The position numbers and the translations under genes are program-made. A stretch of DNA of 58,288 bases from the NCBI GenBank assembly GCA_045579745.1, contig JAZNMQ010000002.1, positions 1 to 58,288 on the forward strand, in the 5' to 3' direction. The stretch comes from Candidatus Flemingiibacterium sp. Lineage in GTDB: Bacteria; Bacillota; Clostridia; Oscillospirales; CAG-272. The notes beneath the pieces were generated by a model that was not told where the DNA came from, ran no database searches, and was given only the letters and a program-made list of their open reading frames with translations. Position 1 is the first letter of the stretch. Each line of letters starts with the position of its first letter. This document shows positions 38,734 to 50,075 of the stretch, piece after piece.

Positions 38734-41259
38734 ATGGATAACAAAGATAAGAACGAAACGCTGGAATTCCCCGACCAAAAAATAGTCGGCATAGAGATGG
38801 ATCATGAGGTAAAGTCATCCTTTATCGCATATTCAATGAGTGTCATTATGTCGCGTGCGCTTCCCGATGTAAGAGATGGCTTGAAGCCCGTACACAGACG
38901 AATTCTTTACTCTATGTACGAGGATAAGCTGACATATGACAAGGAATTCCGTAAATCGGCAACGACAGTCGGTAATGTGCTTGGTAGATATCATCCTCAC
39001 GGAGATTCAGCCGTATATGATACAATGGTACGCCTTGCACAGCCGTTTTCACTCAGATATCCTTTGATCGAGGGTCAAGGTAACTTCGGTTCGATTGACG
39101 GCGACCCTGCGGCAGCCTATCGTTATACAGAAGCCAGACTTGCAAAGATGGCTAACGAGATGATGTCGGATATTGAGAAGGATGTAGTAGATTTTGTACC
39201 TAACTTCGATAATAGTCTGCAGGAGCCCACGGTTCTTCCTGCACGCTTCCCTAACCTTCTTGTAAACGGTTCAATCGGAATTGCAGTCGGTATGGCTACA
39301 AATATTCCGCCGCACAATCTTGGTGAGGTTATTGACGGTACAATTTATCTCATGGATAATCCCGAATGTACAATAAAGGATTTGATGGGATATATAAAAG
39401 GTCCTGATTTCCCGACATGTGCAACACTTTATGGCTCAAATGGAATTTACGAAGCGTATACAACAGGACGCGGACGAGTCATGGTACGCTCGAAATGTAC
39501 AATTGAAGAAGAAAAGCGCCGTATTATCGTAACCGAGATTCCTTATCAGGTAAACAAGAGCCTTCTTGTAGAAAACATCGGACATCTTGTAAATGAGAAG
39601 CGAATCGAGGGTATAACTGATGTTCGCGACGAATCAGGCCGCGACGGTATGCGTATTGTTATCGAGCTTCGCCGTGATGCAAACGCTCAGGTTATTTTGA
39701 ATCAGCTCTACAAGAATACACAGCTTCAGGACACATGTGCTATCAATATGATCGCGCTTGTTGATAACGTTCCTAAGGTTTTGAACCTCAAGCAGATACT
39801 TGAATACTATATCGAGCATCAGGAAAGTGTTATTACACGACGTGTTTCATTTGATTTGTCGAAGGCGAAGAAGGAAGCTCACATTTACGAGGGCTATAAA
39901 ATAGCAATTGACAATATTGAAGAGATTATAAATATCATTCGCGCAAGCTCATCTGTTTCGGATGCTAAGGTTCAGCTTATGGAGCGTTTCGGACTGACGG
40001 AAGCTCAGGCTCAGGCAATTGTCGAAATGACGCTCGGCAGACTTTCGGGAATGGAGCGCCAGAAGATAGAGGACCGTTTAGCAAGACTTTACGAAACTAT
40101 TGAGGAGCTCGAAGCAATTCTTGCGGATGAGTCGAAAATCAGGCAAATCATCAAGGATGAAATGCTCGATATCAAAACGCGCTTTGCTGATACTCGCCGT
40201 ACAGAGCTTGTCGCAGCTGAGGACGATATCGTTTATGAGGACCTTATCGAGCGTCATTCCTGCGTGATTACGCTTACAAACGATGGATATATCAAGCGTC
40301 AGCCCGCAAATACTTACACCTCACAAAGAAGAGGCGGTAAGGGTATTATTGGTATGACTACCAAGGATGAAGATTCGGTTGCTGATGTAATGGTAGTCCA
40401 TAGCCATTCAATGATTATGATGTTTACAAATACGGGTAAAGTGTTTGTACGCAAGGCATATCAAATACCCGAGGCAGGACGTACCGCAAAGGGCTCAAAT
40501 ATTGTAAATATACTTGAGCTTAGTGAGGGAGAAAAGGTAACAGCATCGATTTCGGTAAATGGCTTCAGCGATAACGAGTATTTGTTTATGACAACTCGCA
40601 AGGGTGTTGTAAAGAAAACTCTCCTATCTGAGTTTGAATATCAGAGAAAGGGAGGAAAAATCGCTATCTCTCTCGATGAAGGCGATGAGCTTGTATTTGT
40701 TAAGCATACAAACGGCAGCGATGGCATAATTATTGCAACTCATAACGGTCTGTCAGCGAGATTCGAGGAAGTCGATGTTCGCGCAATGGGCAGAACTGCA
40801 CGAGGTGTCAGAGGCATTAACCTTGCTGAAAACGACTACGTAGTAGGATGTACGCTTGTTGATAACGAAAAGGCGCTTATTACCATCACCGAAAACGGAT
40901 TCGGAAAGAGAAGTGAATTTAGTAACTTCACTCCTCACAGCCGCGGTGTAAAGGGAGTTATGTGCCACGGAATCAACGAGAAAACAGGCGCACTTGCCGG
41001 TATTGCTACCGTATCAGAAACAGACGATATTATGATTATTACAAATGACGGTACAATAATCAGAACACCTGTATCAGGAATCCCATTCTACAGCCGTTCG
41101 GCAGGAGGCGTAATTGTAATGCGTCTGACGGAAGGTGCTTCAATCGTAAACTTTGCAAAGGTCACGAGCGAAGAAACCGATACCGAGCCAAAAGCGGAAG
41201 ATGACACCGAAATTGTTGAAGCAATAGAAGAAACCGTTAACGAGGATGATGAAGTATGA
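38734..41259 (+). CDS. gyrA: DNA gyrase subunit A
   Basis: [29 protein letters not shown] catalytic Tyr, GyrA-box QRRGGKG. Confidence 0.99.
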   Translation: MDNKDKNETLEFPDQKIVGIEMDHEVKSSFIAYSMSVIMSRALPDVRDGLKPVHRRILYSMYEDKLTYDKEFRKSATTVGNVLGRYHPHGDSAVYDTMVRLAQPFSLRYPLIEGQGNFGSIDGDPAAAYRYTEARLAKMANEMMSDIEKDVVDFVPNFDNSLQEPTVLPARFPNLLVNGSIGIAVGMATNIPPHNLGEVIDGTIYLMDNPECTIKDLMGYIKGPDFPTCATLYGSNGIYEAYTTGRGRVMVRSKCTIEEEKRRIIVTEIPYQVNKSLLVENIGHLVNEKRIEGITDVRDESGRDGMRIVIELRRDANAQVILNQLYKNTQLQDTCAINMIALVDNVPKVLNLKQILEYYIEHQESVITRRVSFDLSKAKKEAHIYEGYKIAIDNIEEIINIIRASSSVSDAKVQLMERFGLTEAQAQAIVEMTLGRLSGMERQKIEDRLARLYETIEELEAILADESKIRQIIKDEMLDIKTRFADTRRTELVAAEDDIVYEDLIERHSCVITLTNDGYIKRQPANTYTSQRRGGKGIIGMTTKDEDSVADVMVVHSHSMIMMFTNTGKVFVRKAYQIPEAGRTAKGSNIVNILELSEGEKVTASISVNGFSDNEYLFMTTRKGVVKKTLLSEFEYQRKGGKIAISLDEGDELVFVKHTNGSDGIIIATHNGLSARFEEVDVRAMGRTARGVRGINLAENDYVVGCTLVDNEKALITITENGFGKRSEFSNFTPHSRGVKGVMCHGINEKTGALAGIATVSETDDIMIITNDGTIIRTPVSGIPFYSRSAGGVIVMRLTEGASIVNFAKVTSEETDTEPKAEDDTEIVEAIEETVNEDDEV

Positions 41260-41789
41260 GGAAGCTATGCTTCATATTAATCGGAATTATGATTTTGCTT
41301 GCATCATGCGGCGGAGCAGCTTCTGATGACGAAATTATAGGCTCGCTTGAAGCACTTGCGCCGAGTGCAAAGGAGCTTTACAGTATAATCTACAGCGACG
41401 TGCTTCCGCATGGTGAAATTGAAAAGGACGGATATGCTAAGATTTCGGAAGAATCTCAGTATAAATCAATCTCTGAGCTAAAGGAAGCGTTATCTAAGGT
41501 ATTTACAAGTGATTACTGCAAGATAATTTCAAATACTGCTTTCGTTGGAGTTTCGAGCGACGAGGGGGCTATTCACGCAAAATTTATCGAGCGTGAGAAC
41601 GGATTATATGTAAAGCCTGAGGTAACAGAAGATTTCGGAGCAGCTCGCGATTTTGATTTTTCAAATGCAAAGGTTATAAAAAAGAATCCATATATGGCGA
41701 TCGTGCTTATTACACATGTTGACGGGGATACTGAGGTAACTATGAGAAGCGTTAACGGTGTGTGGCTTATTGATAGTCCAATTTTCTAA
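41256..41789 (+). CDS. Hypothetical lipoprotein (possibly IseA-like)
   Basis: Lipobox LASC; overlaps gyrA stop; family similarity only tentative. Confidence 0.78.
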   Translation: MRKLCFILIGIMILLASCGGAASDDEIIGSLEALAPSAKELYSIIYSDVLPHGEIEKDGYAKISEESQYKSISELKEALSKVFTSDYCKIISNTAFVGVSSDEGAIHAKFIERENGLYVKPEVTEDFGAARDFDFSNAKVIKKNPYMAIVLITHVDGDTEVTMRSVNGVWLIDSPIF

Positions 41790-41808
41790 ATGAAACGGAG
41801 AAAAATTT

Positions 41809-42936
41809 ATGAAAGCAAAACAGCAAACAAAGCCTGTTCCGACTAAGATAGTCGATAGAGATGAAAAGCGCAAGGCAATCGAGGGCGCTATAGGTCAGAT
41901 AGAAAAGAGCTACGGTAAAGGAACAATTATGAGAATGGGTGAGGCTCCCGAGCTTGAAGTCAGCGCGATTTCAACAGGTTCTCTTACACTCGATATGGCA
42001 CTTGGAATAGGCGGAGTTCCGCGCGGAAGAATCGTTGAGATTTACGGTCCGGAATCCTCGGGTAAAACAACAGTTGCACTTCATGTTGTAGCTGAAACTC
42101 AAAAGCTGGGCGGCGAAGCTGCATATATTGATGTGGAGAATGCACTTGACCCCGTTTATGCAAAGGCACTCGGAGTAGATACAGACAGCCTTCTCGTTTC
42201 TCAGCCGTCAAGCGGTGAGCAGGCACTTGATATTGCAGAGGCACTCATTCGCTCCGGAGCTATTGACGTAGTTGTAGTTGACTCGGTTGCAGCTCTTGTT
42301 ACACAGCAGGAAATTGATGGAGATATGGCGTCTTCTCATGTAGGTTTGCAGGCAAGACTTATGTCGCAGGCACTCAAAAAGCTTTCGGGTGCTGTTGCTA
42401 AATCAAACTGCGTAATTATTTTTATAAATCAGCTGCGTGAGAAAATCGGTATTTCCTACGGTAATCCCGAAACTACACCTGGTGGTCGCGCGCTTAAATT
42501 CTACGCATCGGTTCGAATGGAAATTCGCCGCGCAGAACAGCTCAAGGATGGCGCAGATGTATACGGAAACCATGTAAAATGTAAAATTGTAAAAAACAAG
42601 GTTGCACCGCCATTTAAGCTTGCTGAGTTTGATATTATTTACGGCAAGGGTATTTCCAAATCGGGCGAGATAGTCGATATCGGAGTAGAGCTTGGATTTA
42701 TCACAAAGAGTGGTTCATGGTTCTCGTATGAGGGACAGCGTATCGCGCAGGGTAAGGAAAATACACGCAAATACTTCGAATCAAACGAAGAGCTTATGAA
42801 GGAGCTTTCCGATAAAATCAAGGCTAAGCGCGATGATGTCGAAGCAATGATGAATAACGATTATGACGGCTCGGATGATGATGAGATGGATGACGACGAT
42901 CTCGATATCCGTCTGCTCGAAACAGACGATGACTGA
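41809..42936 (+). CDS. recA: Recombinase RecA
   Basis: [49 protein letters not shown]. Confidence 0.99.
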   Translation: MKAKQQTKPVPTKIVDRDEKRKAIEGAIGQIEKSYGKGTIMRMGEAPELEVSAISTGSLTLDMALGIGGVPRGRIVEIYGPESSGKTTVALHVVAETQKLGGEAAYIDVENALDPVYAKALGVDTDSLLVSQPSSGEQALDIAEALIRSGAIDVVVVDSVAALVTQQEIDGDMASSHVGLQARLMSQALKKLSGAVAKSNCVIIFINQLREKIGISYGNPETTPGGRALKFYASVRMEIRRAEQLKDGADVYGNHVKCKIVKNKVAPPFKLAEFDIIYGKGISKSGEIVDIGVELGFITKSGSWFSYEGQRIAQGKENTRKYFESNEELMKELSDKIKAKRDDVEAMMNNDYDGSDDDEMDDDDLDIRLLETDDD

Positions 42937-43628
42937 TGCCGAAAATCGGTATTACGATAATAAAGCTTGAGCCTCGCAAGATGGGCGAGGAGGTCGAGCT
43001 GACGGTAAAGCTTGCTCCGATAGGGGCGGAATCAGACACGCACACGGATATACGAAAGCTTTGCGTAGCCTCAAAGATGATGTTTGAGATCGGGAATATC
43101 GGCGTCGGAAGCTTGCCGTATAAGCTCAGCGAGGAGCAATTCGATTCACTTGAGTATAATTCAAAGCTGTGGGAGGTCGTTCGAAAGGGGCTTGACCTAC
43201 TCTCTTATGGCGATAACACAAAGTCGGCACTTATAACAAAGCTCAAACAGCGAGGATACGACAAGTTTTTAGCGGAGGATGCTGTCGAATATATTGCCGG
43301 GCTCGGGTATATCGATGAGAGCAGAATAATGGCGCGCCTGGTTGATCAGCTCGCTAACGTAAAGCTGTACGGCACCTCGCGAATAAAAAATGAGATCAGA
43401 AAAAAGGGGATTTCCGAGGAAATTATCCGCGAAGAATTGCAGGAGCTGTTAAAGACGGTGGATTTCAGAGAAAATATTATGCGTCTTTTAAAGCGAAAAT
43501 GCGATTTTTCAAGGCTGTCAGAGCAAAAGTATCGTGAGAGTATTTATGCGGCATTTTACCGACTTGGATATTCTCCTCAGGAAACAAAATCCGCAATAAA
43601 AACCATTCAGGAAGAGGAATATGAGTAA
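42936..43628 (+). CDS. recX: Regulatory protein RecX
   Basis: Coupled to recA; KLKQRGY, LGYIDE, G..RIKNEIRKKGI, RLGY helical repeats. Confidence 0.85.
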   Translation: MPKIGITIIKLEPRKMGEEVELTVKLAPIGAESDTHTDIRKLCVASKMMFEIGNIGVGSLPYKLSEEQFDSLEYNSKLWEVVRKGLDLLSYGDNTKSALITKLKQRGYDKFLAEDAVEYIAGLGYIDESRIMARLVDQLANVKLYGTSRIKNEIRKKGISEEIIREELQELLKTVDFRENIMRLLKRKCDFSRLSEQKYRESIYAAFYRLGYSPQETKSAIKTIQEEEYE

Positions 43629-44958
43629 TAATAAAATCAAGGTAGGGTTTGTATCGCTCGGTTGCCCTAAAAATCAGCTTGATACTGAAGTCATGCTGCA
43701 CGAGCTTTACGAGGAAGGCTTTGAGATTGTGTCCGAAGATATTGAAGCGGATGTAATCGTTGTCAATACCTGCGCTTTTATTGAAAGTGCAAAGCAGGAA
43801 GCAATTGATAATATTATCGATATCGGCTGGCTAAAGAAAAATCGCAGCCTGAAGGCTATAGTTGTAACGGGATGTCTTGCAGAGCGTTACAGAGATGATA
43901 TTTTTTCTGAGCTGCCCGAGGTCGATGCTATACTCGGTGTCGGAAGCATACATAAAATTGCCGAGGCTGTGCGCAGTGCGGTAAACGGCAAAAAATATTC
44001 GTCCTACGAGGATAAAAATGAGGTAAAGCTCGGAGGCGAACGCATTGTTACGACCCCCGAATATTATGCTTATCTGAAGATTGCGGAGGGCTGTGACAAT
44101 CACTGTGCCTACTGCGCAATTCCGTCAATCAGAGGTAAATTCCGCAGCCGTCCGATGGAGGAGCTTGTTGCGGAAGCAAAGACTATGGAGGAGCTGGGCG
44201 TAAAGGAGCTTGTTCTTGTTGCTCAGGACACCACTCGTTACGGACATGATATTTACGGTGAATACAAGCTTGCTGAGCTAATTGGAAAGATTACCGAGCA
44301 AACATCTATTCCATGGATCAGAGTGCTGTACTGCTATCCGGATAAGATTACGGACGAGCTTGTTGACGAATTTAAAAACAACCCGAGGCTTCTCAAATAT
44401 ATTGACCTGCCCATACAGCATATTTCAGACAGAATGCTCCGTGCGATGAATCGCCACGGTGATGGAACGCTGATACGCTCGGTTGTAAAGAAGCTTCGCG
44501 ACAATGTACCCGAAATGGTAATCCGCACGACGGTTATTGTTGGTTTCCCCGGAGAAACTGAGGAAGACTTTACAGAGCTTTGCGAGTATATCAAGCAAGC
44601 AAAATTCGACCGTTTGGGAGCCTTCACATTCTCACGCGAGGAAGGCACTCCCGCGTATGATTTTGAGAATCAAATCGACGAACAAACCAAGCAGGACAGA
44701 TACGATACAATAATGTTCACTCAGGGCAATATTGCCGAGGAACGCAACTCTTTTATGGTCGGAAAAACGATTAAGGTGCTCTGCGAGGATTATGATCCGG
44801 TTTCCGAGGCATACTATGGACGCTCTGCCGCCGATGCGCCTGAGATAGACGGAAAAGTATATTTCCATGCACCGAAAAAGAGCGTTGAACCCGGCGAATT
44901 TGTCGAAGTAAAAATCACAGAGGCACTTGATTGGGACCTCGTTGGTGATAAAATATAA
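43621..44958 (+). CDS. rimO: Ribosomal protein S12 methylthiotransferase RimO
   Basis: SLGCPKNQLD, NTCAFIESA, GCLAERY, CDNHCAYC radical SAM motif, APEIDG. Confidence 0.96.
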   Translation: MSNNKIKVGFVSLGCPKNQLDTEVMLHELYEEGFEIVSEDIEADVIVVNTCAFIESAKQEAIDNIIDIGWLKKNRSLKAIVVTGCLAERYRDDIFSELPEVDAILGVGSIHKIAEAVRSAVNGKKYSSYEDKNEVKLGGERIVTTPEYYAYLKIAEGCDNHCAYCAIPSIRGKFRSRPMEELVAEAKTMEELGVKELVLVAQDTTRYGHDIYGEYKLAELIGKITEQTSIPWIRVLYCYPDKITDELVDEFKNNPRLLKYIDLPIQHISDRMLRAMNRHGDGTLIRSVVKKLRDNVPEMVIRTTVIVGFPGETEEDFTELCEYIKQAKFDRLGAFTFSREEGTPAYDFENQIDEQTKQDRYDTIMFTQGNIAEERNSFMVGKTIKVLCEDYDPVSEAYYGRSAADAPEIDGKVYFHAPKKSVEPGEFVEVKITEALDWDLVGDKI

Positions 44959-44969
44959 GGAGAATATAT

Positions 44970-45551
44970 ATGAATCTTCCGAATAAACTCTCGCTGATGC
45001 GAGTAATAATGGTTCCGGTATTTGTCGCAGTAATTGTACTGCCGCTGTTTCCGGACACTTGGATGCGAATAATCGGTGCGGCGATTTTTATACTGACTGC
45101 GCTTACAGATATGCTTGATGGAATGATAGCTCGAAGATTTAACCTTATAACCGATTTCGGAAAATTTATCGACCCGCTTGCTGATAAATTTATGGTGTTC
45201 GGAGCAATGATTGCCATATTATGCCGATTCGATTATCTCAGACCGATTTTTGTTTGGGCAGCACTTATTGTAATCTTCCGCGAGCTTGCGATCACATCGA
45301 TGCGACTTATCGTATCAAAAAGCTCCGGTGTGGTTATAGCGGCGGCATGGCTTGGCAAGGTGAAAACGGTTACACAGATCATTTGTATTATCACTATACT
45401 GCTTGAGCCGGTAATAATTCCTGAAGCCTCTGCTATTCATAACATGCATATCTTCAGCTATATTACAATCGCGGCTATGATTGCAATGACAATTTGGTCC
45501 GGCGTTGACTACTTCAAGTCATATTGGAAGCTTCTCGATTCCAACAAATAA
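44970..45551 (+). CDS. pgsA: CDP-diacylglycerol--glycerol-3-phosphate 3-phosphatidyltransferase
   Basis: MNLPNKL, TDMLDGMIARR...FGKFIDPLADK, GKVKT. Confidence 0.96.
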   Translation: MNLPNKLSLMRVIMVPVFVAVIVLPLFPDTWMRIIGAAIFILTALTDMLDGMIARRFNLITDFGKFIDPLADKFMVFGAMIAILCRFDYLRPIFVWAALIVIFRELAITSMRLIVSKSSGVVIAAAWLGKVKTVTQIICIITILLEPVIIPEASAIHNMHIFSYITIAAMIAMTIWSGVDYFKSYWKLLDSNK

Positions 45552-45564
45552 GAAAAAAGTCTTC

Positions 45565-45942
45565 TCATTCAGAGAAGGCTTTTTTTGTCGTGCGAAACAG
45601 CGTCAGGTCATTTAGCTTGATAACACGGTCACTTATCTGTACTATTGGAAGCTTGTAGGAACGCGTCTTATAATCTACAGACAGAATATTACCGTTAAGC
45701 TCAAATGGCATGGTCTGGTCAGCGCAAATCAGTTCACCGTTTTTTGTAAATATAAAAGTCCTGCTGCCGCTAATCCATTCTCCCACCAAAAATTCAGCAT
45801 CAATAGCATCGTTTTGAGTTGATTCGACAATCGAAACAGGCACAGTAGCATCTGATACAGGTGTATATGCAAAGCTGCTAACAACGAAATTACACAGTAG
45901 AAAAATCAAGGTTGATATAGAAATAGCGATATTTTCGAGCAT
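45565..45942 (-). CDS. Hypothetical exported protein (DUF5640/lipocalin-like beta domain possible)
   Basis: RBS GGAGG, hydrophobic N-terminus, LVGEW...FTKNG motif. Confidence 0.65.
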   Translation of the reverse strand: MLENIAISISTLIFLLCNFVVSSFAYTPVSDATVPVSIVESTQNDAIDAEFLVGEWISGSRTFIFTKNGELICADQTMPFELNGNILSVDYKTRSYKLPIVQISDRVIKLNDLTLFRTTKKAFSE

Positions 45943-46058
45943 TATCTTCCTCCACGAACATGATGTTATTATTATTTCTTGGGTTAAGAAATGTATAACA
46001 CAGAAGTCAAAACGGAAGATAATAATGTTTAGCAGAACTTCAATATTTTACATAAAAA

Positions 46059-46210
46059 GGAGCTGTTGCACTCTAGTGCAACAGCTCCCATAAAATACAG
46101 CTTGTCACCCATTCAGGGTTCCATTTATGTGTGCTAAGCACACTTAAATCGCAGTATTTGGGCGCATTCGCGCCCGGGGCTGTTGCAAATTTTCAACTTG
46201 CAACAGCCCC
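46059..46210. repeat. Two related palindromes GCTGTTGCA...TGCAACAGC flanking two smaller hairpins; includes the nifJ terminator
   Basis: GGAGCTGTTGCACT/AGTGCAACAGCTCC 46059-46088 and GGGGCTGTTGCAA/TTGCAACAGCCCC 46176-46210. Confidence 0.75.
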
Positions 46211-46228
46211 AAAATAATTCAGTTAGAA

Positions 46229-49200
46229 TTATTCAGCGTCCGGAGCGTAAAGGTCTGCAAATTTGATCAGACGGTCGTACTTAGCCTTTGCATTAACTTC
46301 AGCTTCAGCAAAGAGCTTTTCAGCGCGCTCAGGGAACTGGTTCAAAAGACGGCTGTAACGGTTTTCAGACTTAATAAAGTCTACATAGCTTGCGGTAGGA
46401 GCCTTGGAATCGAGCGAGAAGGGATTCTTACCTTCAGCCTTGAGCGAAGGATTGAATCTGAACATCTGCCAGTAACCTGCATCAACTGCTCTCTTCATTT
46501 CGAGCTGGCAGTTCTGCATTGTGCCCTTAATACCATGCATTTCGCAAGGAGCGTAACCGATAACGATAGACGGTCCCGGATAAGCCTCAGCCTCTGTAAG
46601 AGCCTTGAGGAGCTGGTTCATGTCAGCACCCATTGCAACCTGTGCAACGTATACATAACCGTAGGACATAGCAATTTCAGCGAGGTTCTTCTTGCCGATT
46701 GCCTTACCAGCAGCTGCAAACTGAGCTACCTGACCGATGTTGGAAGCCTTGGAAGCCTGTCCGCCGGTGTTGGAGTAAACTTCGGTATCAAATACCATGA
46801 TGTTTACATCTTCGCCGGAAGCAAGAACGTGGTCAAGACCGCCGAAACCGATATCATATGCCCAACCGTCGCCACCGAAGATCCATACGGACTTCTTAGC
46901 GAGGTAATCCTTTTCAGCAAGAATCTTAGGAGCTACAGGGCAACCCTGTGCTGCAGCTTTTTCGAGCTCAGCGATAAGTGCTTCTGTAGGAGCAGCATTT
47001 GCCTTGCTGTTGTCCTTAGTTTCAAGGAATGCGGAAGCTGCTGCCTTGAACTCGTCGGAAGCCTTTTCGGAAGCCATCATCTCATTGATATAGCCAATAA
47101 GACGGTTTCTGATAGCCTTCTGACCGAGGTGAATACCAAGACCATGCTCAGCGTTGTCCTCGAAGAGCGAGTTAGCCCATGCCGGACCCTTACCGCTTCC
47201 ACGGTTTACAGTGTAAGGAGTAGCAGGTGCGGAACCGCCCCAAATGGACGAACAACCGGTTGCATTGGAGATGTACATGCTCTCACCGAAGAGCTGTGTA
47301 ATAAGACGAGCGTAAGAGGTTTCAGCACAACCTGCGCATGAGCCGGAGAACTCAAGAAGAGGCTGCTTGAACTGTGAACCCTTAACGGTGGTGTTGATAA
47401 GCTCGGCTTTCTCGGAAACGTTAGCAACAGCATAGTCCCAAGGAGCCTGCTGGTCAGCCTGAGTAGAAGCGAGAACCATTTCGATTGCCTTCTTATCAGT
47501 GCCATCCTTTTCAGCCTTTGCAGTTACAGGGCAAGCCTTTACGCAAAGAGTACAACCCATACAGTCAGCAGGCGAAATAGCCATTGTGAACTTGTAGTTG
47601 GTCTTGATAACCGGCTTAGCTGTGAACTTGGTAGCTGCAGGAGCATTAGCAGCTTCATCCTCAGTCATAGCAAACGGACGGATTGCTGCATGCGGGCAAA
47701 CGAATGCGCAGTTGTTACACTGTACGCAGTTTTCGGGAATCCAGTTAGGAACATATACAGCAACGCCGCGCTTTTCAGAAGCGGTAGAGCCCTGCGGGAA
47801 TGTACCGTCAACATAATCGGTGAAAGCAGATACGGGAAGCTTGTCGCCTGCCATTGCGTTTGTAGGAGCAACGACGGTGTTTACGAACTTCTCAAGGTCT
47901 GCACGCTCGCTCTTGAATGCAGCCTTAGGAGCATCCGGAGCGCAGTTCTTCCAGGATTCGGGAACATTGATTTCAACATATGCATCAGCACCTGCATCGA
48001 TAGCAGCGTAGTTGAGGTCAACGATAGCCTGACCCTTCTTGATGTAGGACTTGTATGCTGCCTTCTTCATGTAGTCGATTGCTTCATCCTTCGGAAGAAT
48101 GTTAGCAAGTGAGAAGAATGCAGACTGAAGAACAGTGTTCTTAACCTTAGCGTTACCGATCTTCTTTGTAGCGATGGTGGTAGCGTCGATGGTTATGAAC
48201 TTAATATTGTTATTTGCGATGTAAGACTTAACATTTGCAGGAAGATTTTCATCAAGCTCCTCAGCAGACCAAGCGCAGTCGAGAAGGAATGTTCCGCCCG
48301 GCTTAACGTCAGAAATCATGTCATATTTCTTGAGGTAAGAGGAGTTGTGGCATGCAACGAAGTCAGCCTTGTTGATGTAGTAAGGAGACTTGATCGCGTT
48401 ATCACCAAAACGAAGGTGCGAGATGGTAATACCGGAGGTCTTCTTGGAGTCATACTGGAAGTATGCCTGAATGAATTTATCGGTATGGTCACCGATGATC
48501 TTGATGGAGTTCTTGTTAGCACCAACAGTTCCGTCGCCGCCAAGACCCCAGAACTTGCACGCAATTGTGCCGGGAGCAGCAGTGTCGGGAGAGGGCTTTT
48601 CTTCAAGAGAAAGGCCTGTTACATCATCAACGATACCGATGGTGAAGTTAGCCTTAGGCTCGTCCTTAGCAAGGTTCTCATATACAGCGAAAATGCTGGA
48701 AGGAGGAGTATCCTTGGAGCCAAGACCGTAACGACCGCCAACGACGGTAGCCTTAACACCCTTGGTAGCAAGGGAAGTAACAACATCGAGATAGAGCGGC
48801 TCGCCAAGAGAACCGGGTTCCTTGGTTCTGTCAAGAACAGCAATCTTCTTAGCAGTTGCAGGGATAGCTTCGATGAGCTTTTCAGCAACGAACGGACGGT
48901 AAAGTCTTACCTTAACAAGACCAACCTTTTCGCCTGCTGCTGTGAGGTAATCAATAACTTCCTCAGCAACATCACAAACAGAGCCCATAGCGATGATAAC
49001 GCGATCAGCATCCGGAGCACCGTAGTAATTGAAGAGCTTATAATCGGTACCTATCTTAGCGTTAACCTGATTCATGTAATCTTCAACGATTGCAGGAAGT
49101 GCATCATAGTATTTGTTGCAAGCTTCACGGTGCTGGAAGAAGATGTCACCGTTTTCGGCGGAACCGCGGAGAACGGGATGTTCAGGGTTGAGTGCACGAG

Positions 49201-49813
49201 CACGGAACTCAGCAATAGCGTCCTCGTCTACCATGCTCTTGAGCTCGTCGTAATCCCAAACTTCAATCTTCTGAATTTCGTGAGATGTACGGAATCCGTC
49301 AAAGAAGTTAACGAACGGAACGCGGCCCTTGATTGTGGACAGATGAGCAACTGCGCCGAGGTCCATAACTTCCTGAGGGTTGGATCCGGCAATCATAGCG
49401 AAACCTGTCTGACGGCAAGCGTAAACGTCGGAGTGGTCACCGAAGATGTTCAGCGCGTGAGAAGCTACGCAGCGCGCAGATACATGAATTACGCAGGGGA
49501 GAAGCTCACCGGCGATTTTGTACATATTCGGGATCATGAGAAGCAGACCCTGAGAAGCGGTATAGGTGGTCGTAAGAGCACCTGCTGCAAGAGAACCGTG
49601 AACGGTACCTGCTGCACCTGCTTCAGACTGCATTTCGGTCACGCGAACCTCGTCTCCGAAGATATTCTTGAGACCGGTGGCAGACCAGGAATCGGTCAGC
49701 TCCGCCATAACGCTGGACGGAGTGATCGGGTAAATCGCAGCAACTTCAGTAAACGCGTAGCTTACATGAGCGGCAGCGGTATTACCATCCATGGAAATTT
49801 TCTTTCTTGCCAT
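46229..49813 (-). CDS. nifJ: Pyruvate:ferredoxin (flavodoxin) oxidoreductase
   Basis: IYPITPSS, MQSEAGAAG, GLGGDGTVGANK, two CxxCxxCxxxCP motifs, GSCAGC, GGDGWAYDIG. Confidence 0.98.
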   Translation of the reverse strand: MARKKISMDGNTAAAHVSYAFTEVAAIYPITPSSVMAELTDSWSATGLKNIFGDEVRVTEMQSEAGAAGTVHGSLAAGALTTTYTASQGLLLMIPNMYKIAGELLPCVIHVSARCVASHALNIFGDHSDVYACRQTGFAMIAGSNPQEVMDLGAVAHLSTIKGRVPFVNFFDGFRTSHEIQKIEVWDYDELKSMVDEDAIAEFRARALNPEHPVLRGSAENGDIFFQHREACNKYYDALPAIVEDYMNQVNAKIGTDYKLFNYYGAPDADRVIIAMGSVCDVAEEVIDYLTAAGEKVGLVKVRLYRPFVAEKLIEAIPATAKKIAVLDRTKEPGSLGEPLYLDVVTSLATKGVKATVVGGRYGLGSKDTPPSSIFAVYENLAKDEPKANFTIGIVDDVTGLSLEEKPSPDTAAPGTIACKFWGLGGDGTVGANKNSIKIIGDHTDKFIQAYFQYDSKKTSGITISHLRFGDNAIKSPYYINKADFVACHNSSYLKKYDMISDVKPGGTFLLDCAWSAEELDENLPANVKSYIANNNIKFITIDATTIATKKIGNAKVKNTVLQSAFFSLANILPKDEAIDYMKKAAYKSYIKKGQAIVDLNYAAIDAGADAYVEINVPESWKNCAPDAPKAAFKSERADLEKFVNTVVAPTNAMAGDKLPVSAFTDYVDGTFPQGSTASEKRGVAVYVPNWIPENCVQCNNCAFVCPHAAIRPFAMTEDEAANAPAATKFTAKPVIKTNYKFTMAISPADCMGCTLCVKACPVTAKAEKDGTDKKAIEMVLASTQADQQAPWDYAVANVSEKAELINTTVKGSQFKQPLLEFSGSCAGCAETSYARLITQLFGESMYISNATGCSSIWGGSAPATPYTVNRGSGKGPAWANSLFEDNAEHGLGIHLGQKAIRNRLIGYINEMMASEKASDEFKAAASAFLETKDNSKANAAPTEALIAELEKAAAQGCPVAPKILAEKDYLAKKSVWIFGGDGWAYDIGFGGLDHVLASGEDVNIMVFDTEVYSNTGGQASKASNIGQVAQFAAAGKAIGKKNLAEIAMSYGYVYVAQVAMGADMNQLLKALTEAEAYPGPSIVIGYAPCEMHGIKGTMQNCQLEMKRAVDAGYWQMFRFNPSLKAEGKNPFSLDSKAPTASYVDFIKSENRYSRLLNQFPERAEKLFAEAEVNAKAKYDRLIKFADLYAPDAE

Positions 49814-49919
49814 GTTGGATATCCTCCTAAATTGAAAAAATATTTTACAAAATTACACGCCAAAAACACCCGATACGCTAAAAAACAGCATAAAAAGGGC
49901 ATTAAGACGCCACAATAAT

Positions 49920-49984
49920 ATAATATCACTTTTTTGCAAAAATGTAAAGACTAAAAATGATGAAAGTTGTAAACAATTTTACAA
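49920..49984 (-). promoter_or_regulatory. nifJ promoter with upstream Rex-like operator
   Basis: TTTACA-17nt-TATTAT (49948-49920, extended TG) and palindrome TTGTAAA-CAAT-TTTACAA 49967-49984. Confidence 0.55.
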
Positions 49985-50075
49985 ACTTTTTATAGATTGT
50001 GAGTAATGATGGAATATGATGGCGAAAAATCGTCAATAATTAACGGTTGGGTCAATTTTTTCTAAATCGGACAGC

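Noticed and set aside
46535-49918. Long plus-strand ORFs (268 aa and 523 aa) antisense to nifJ
   Set aside because: Typical antisense shadows of a highly codon-biased gene; no recognisable motifs
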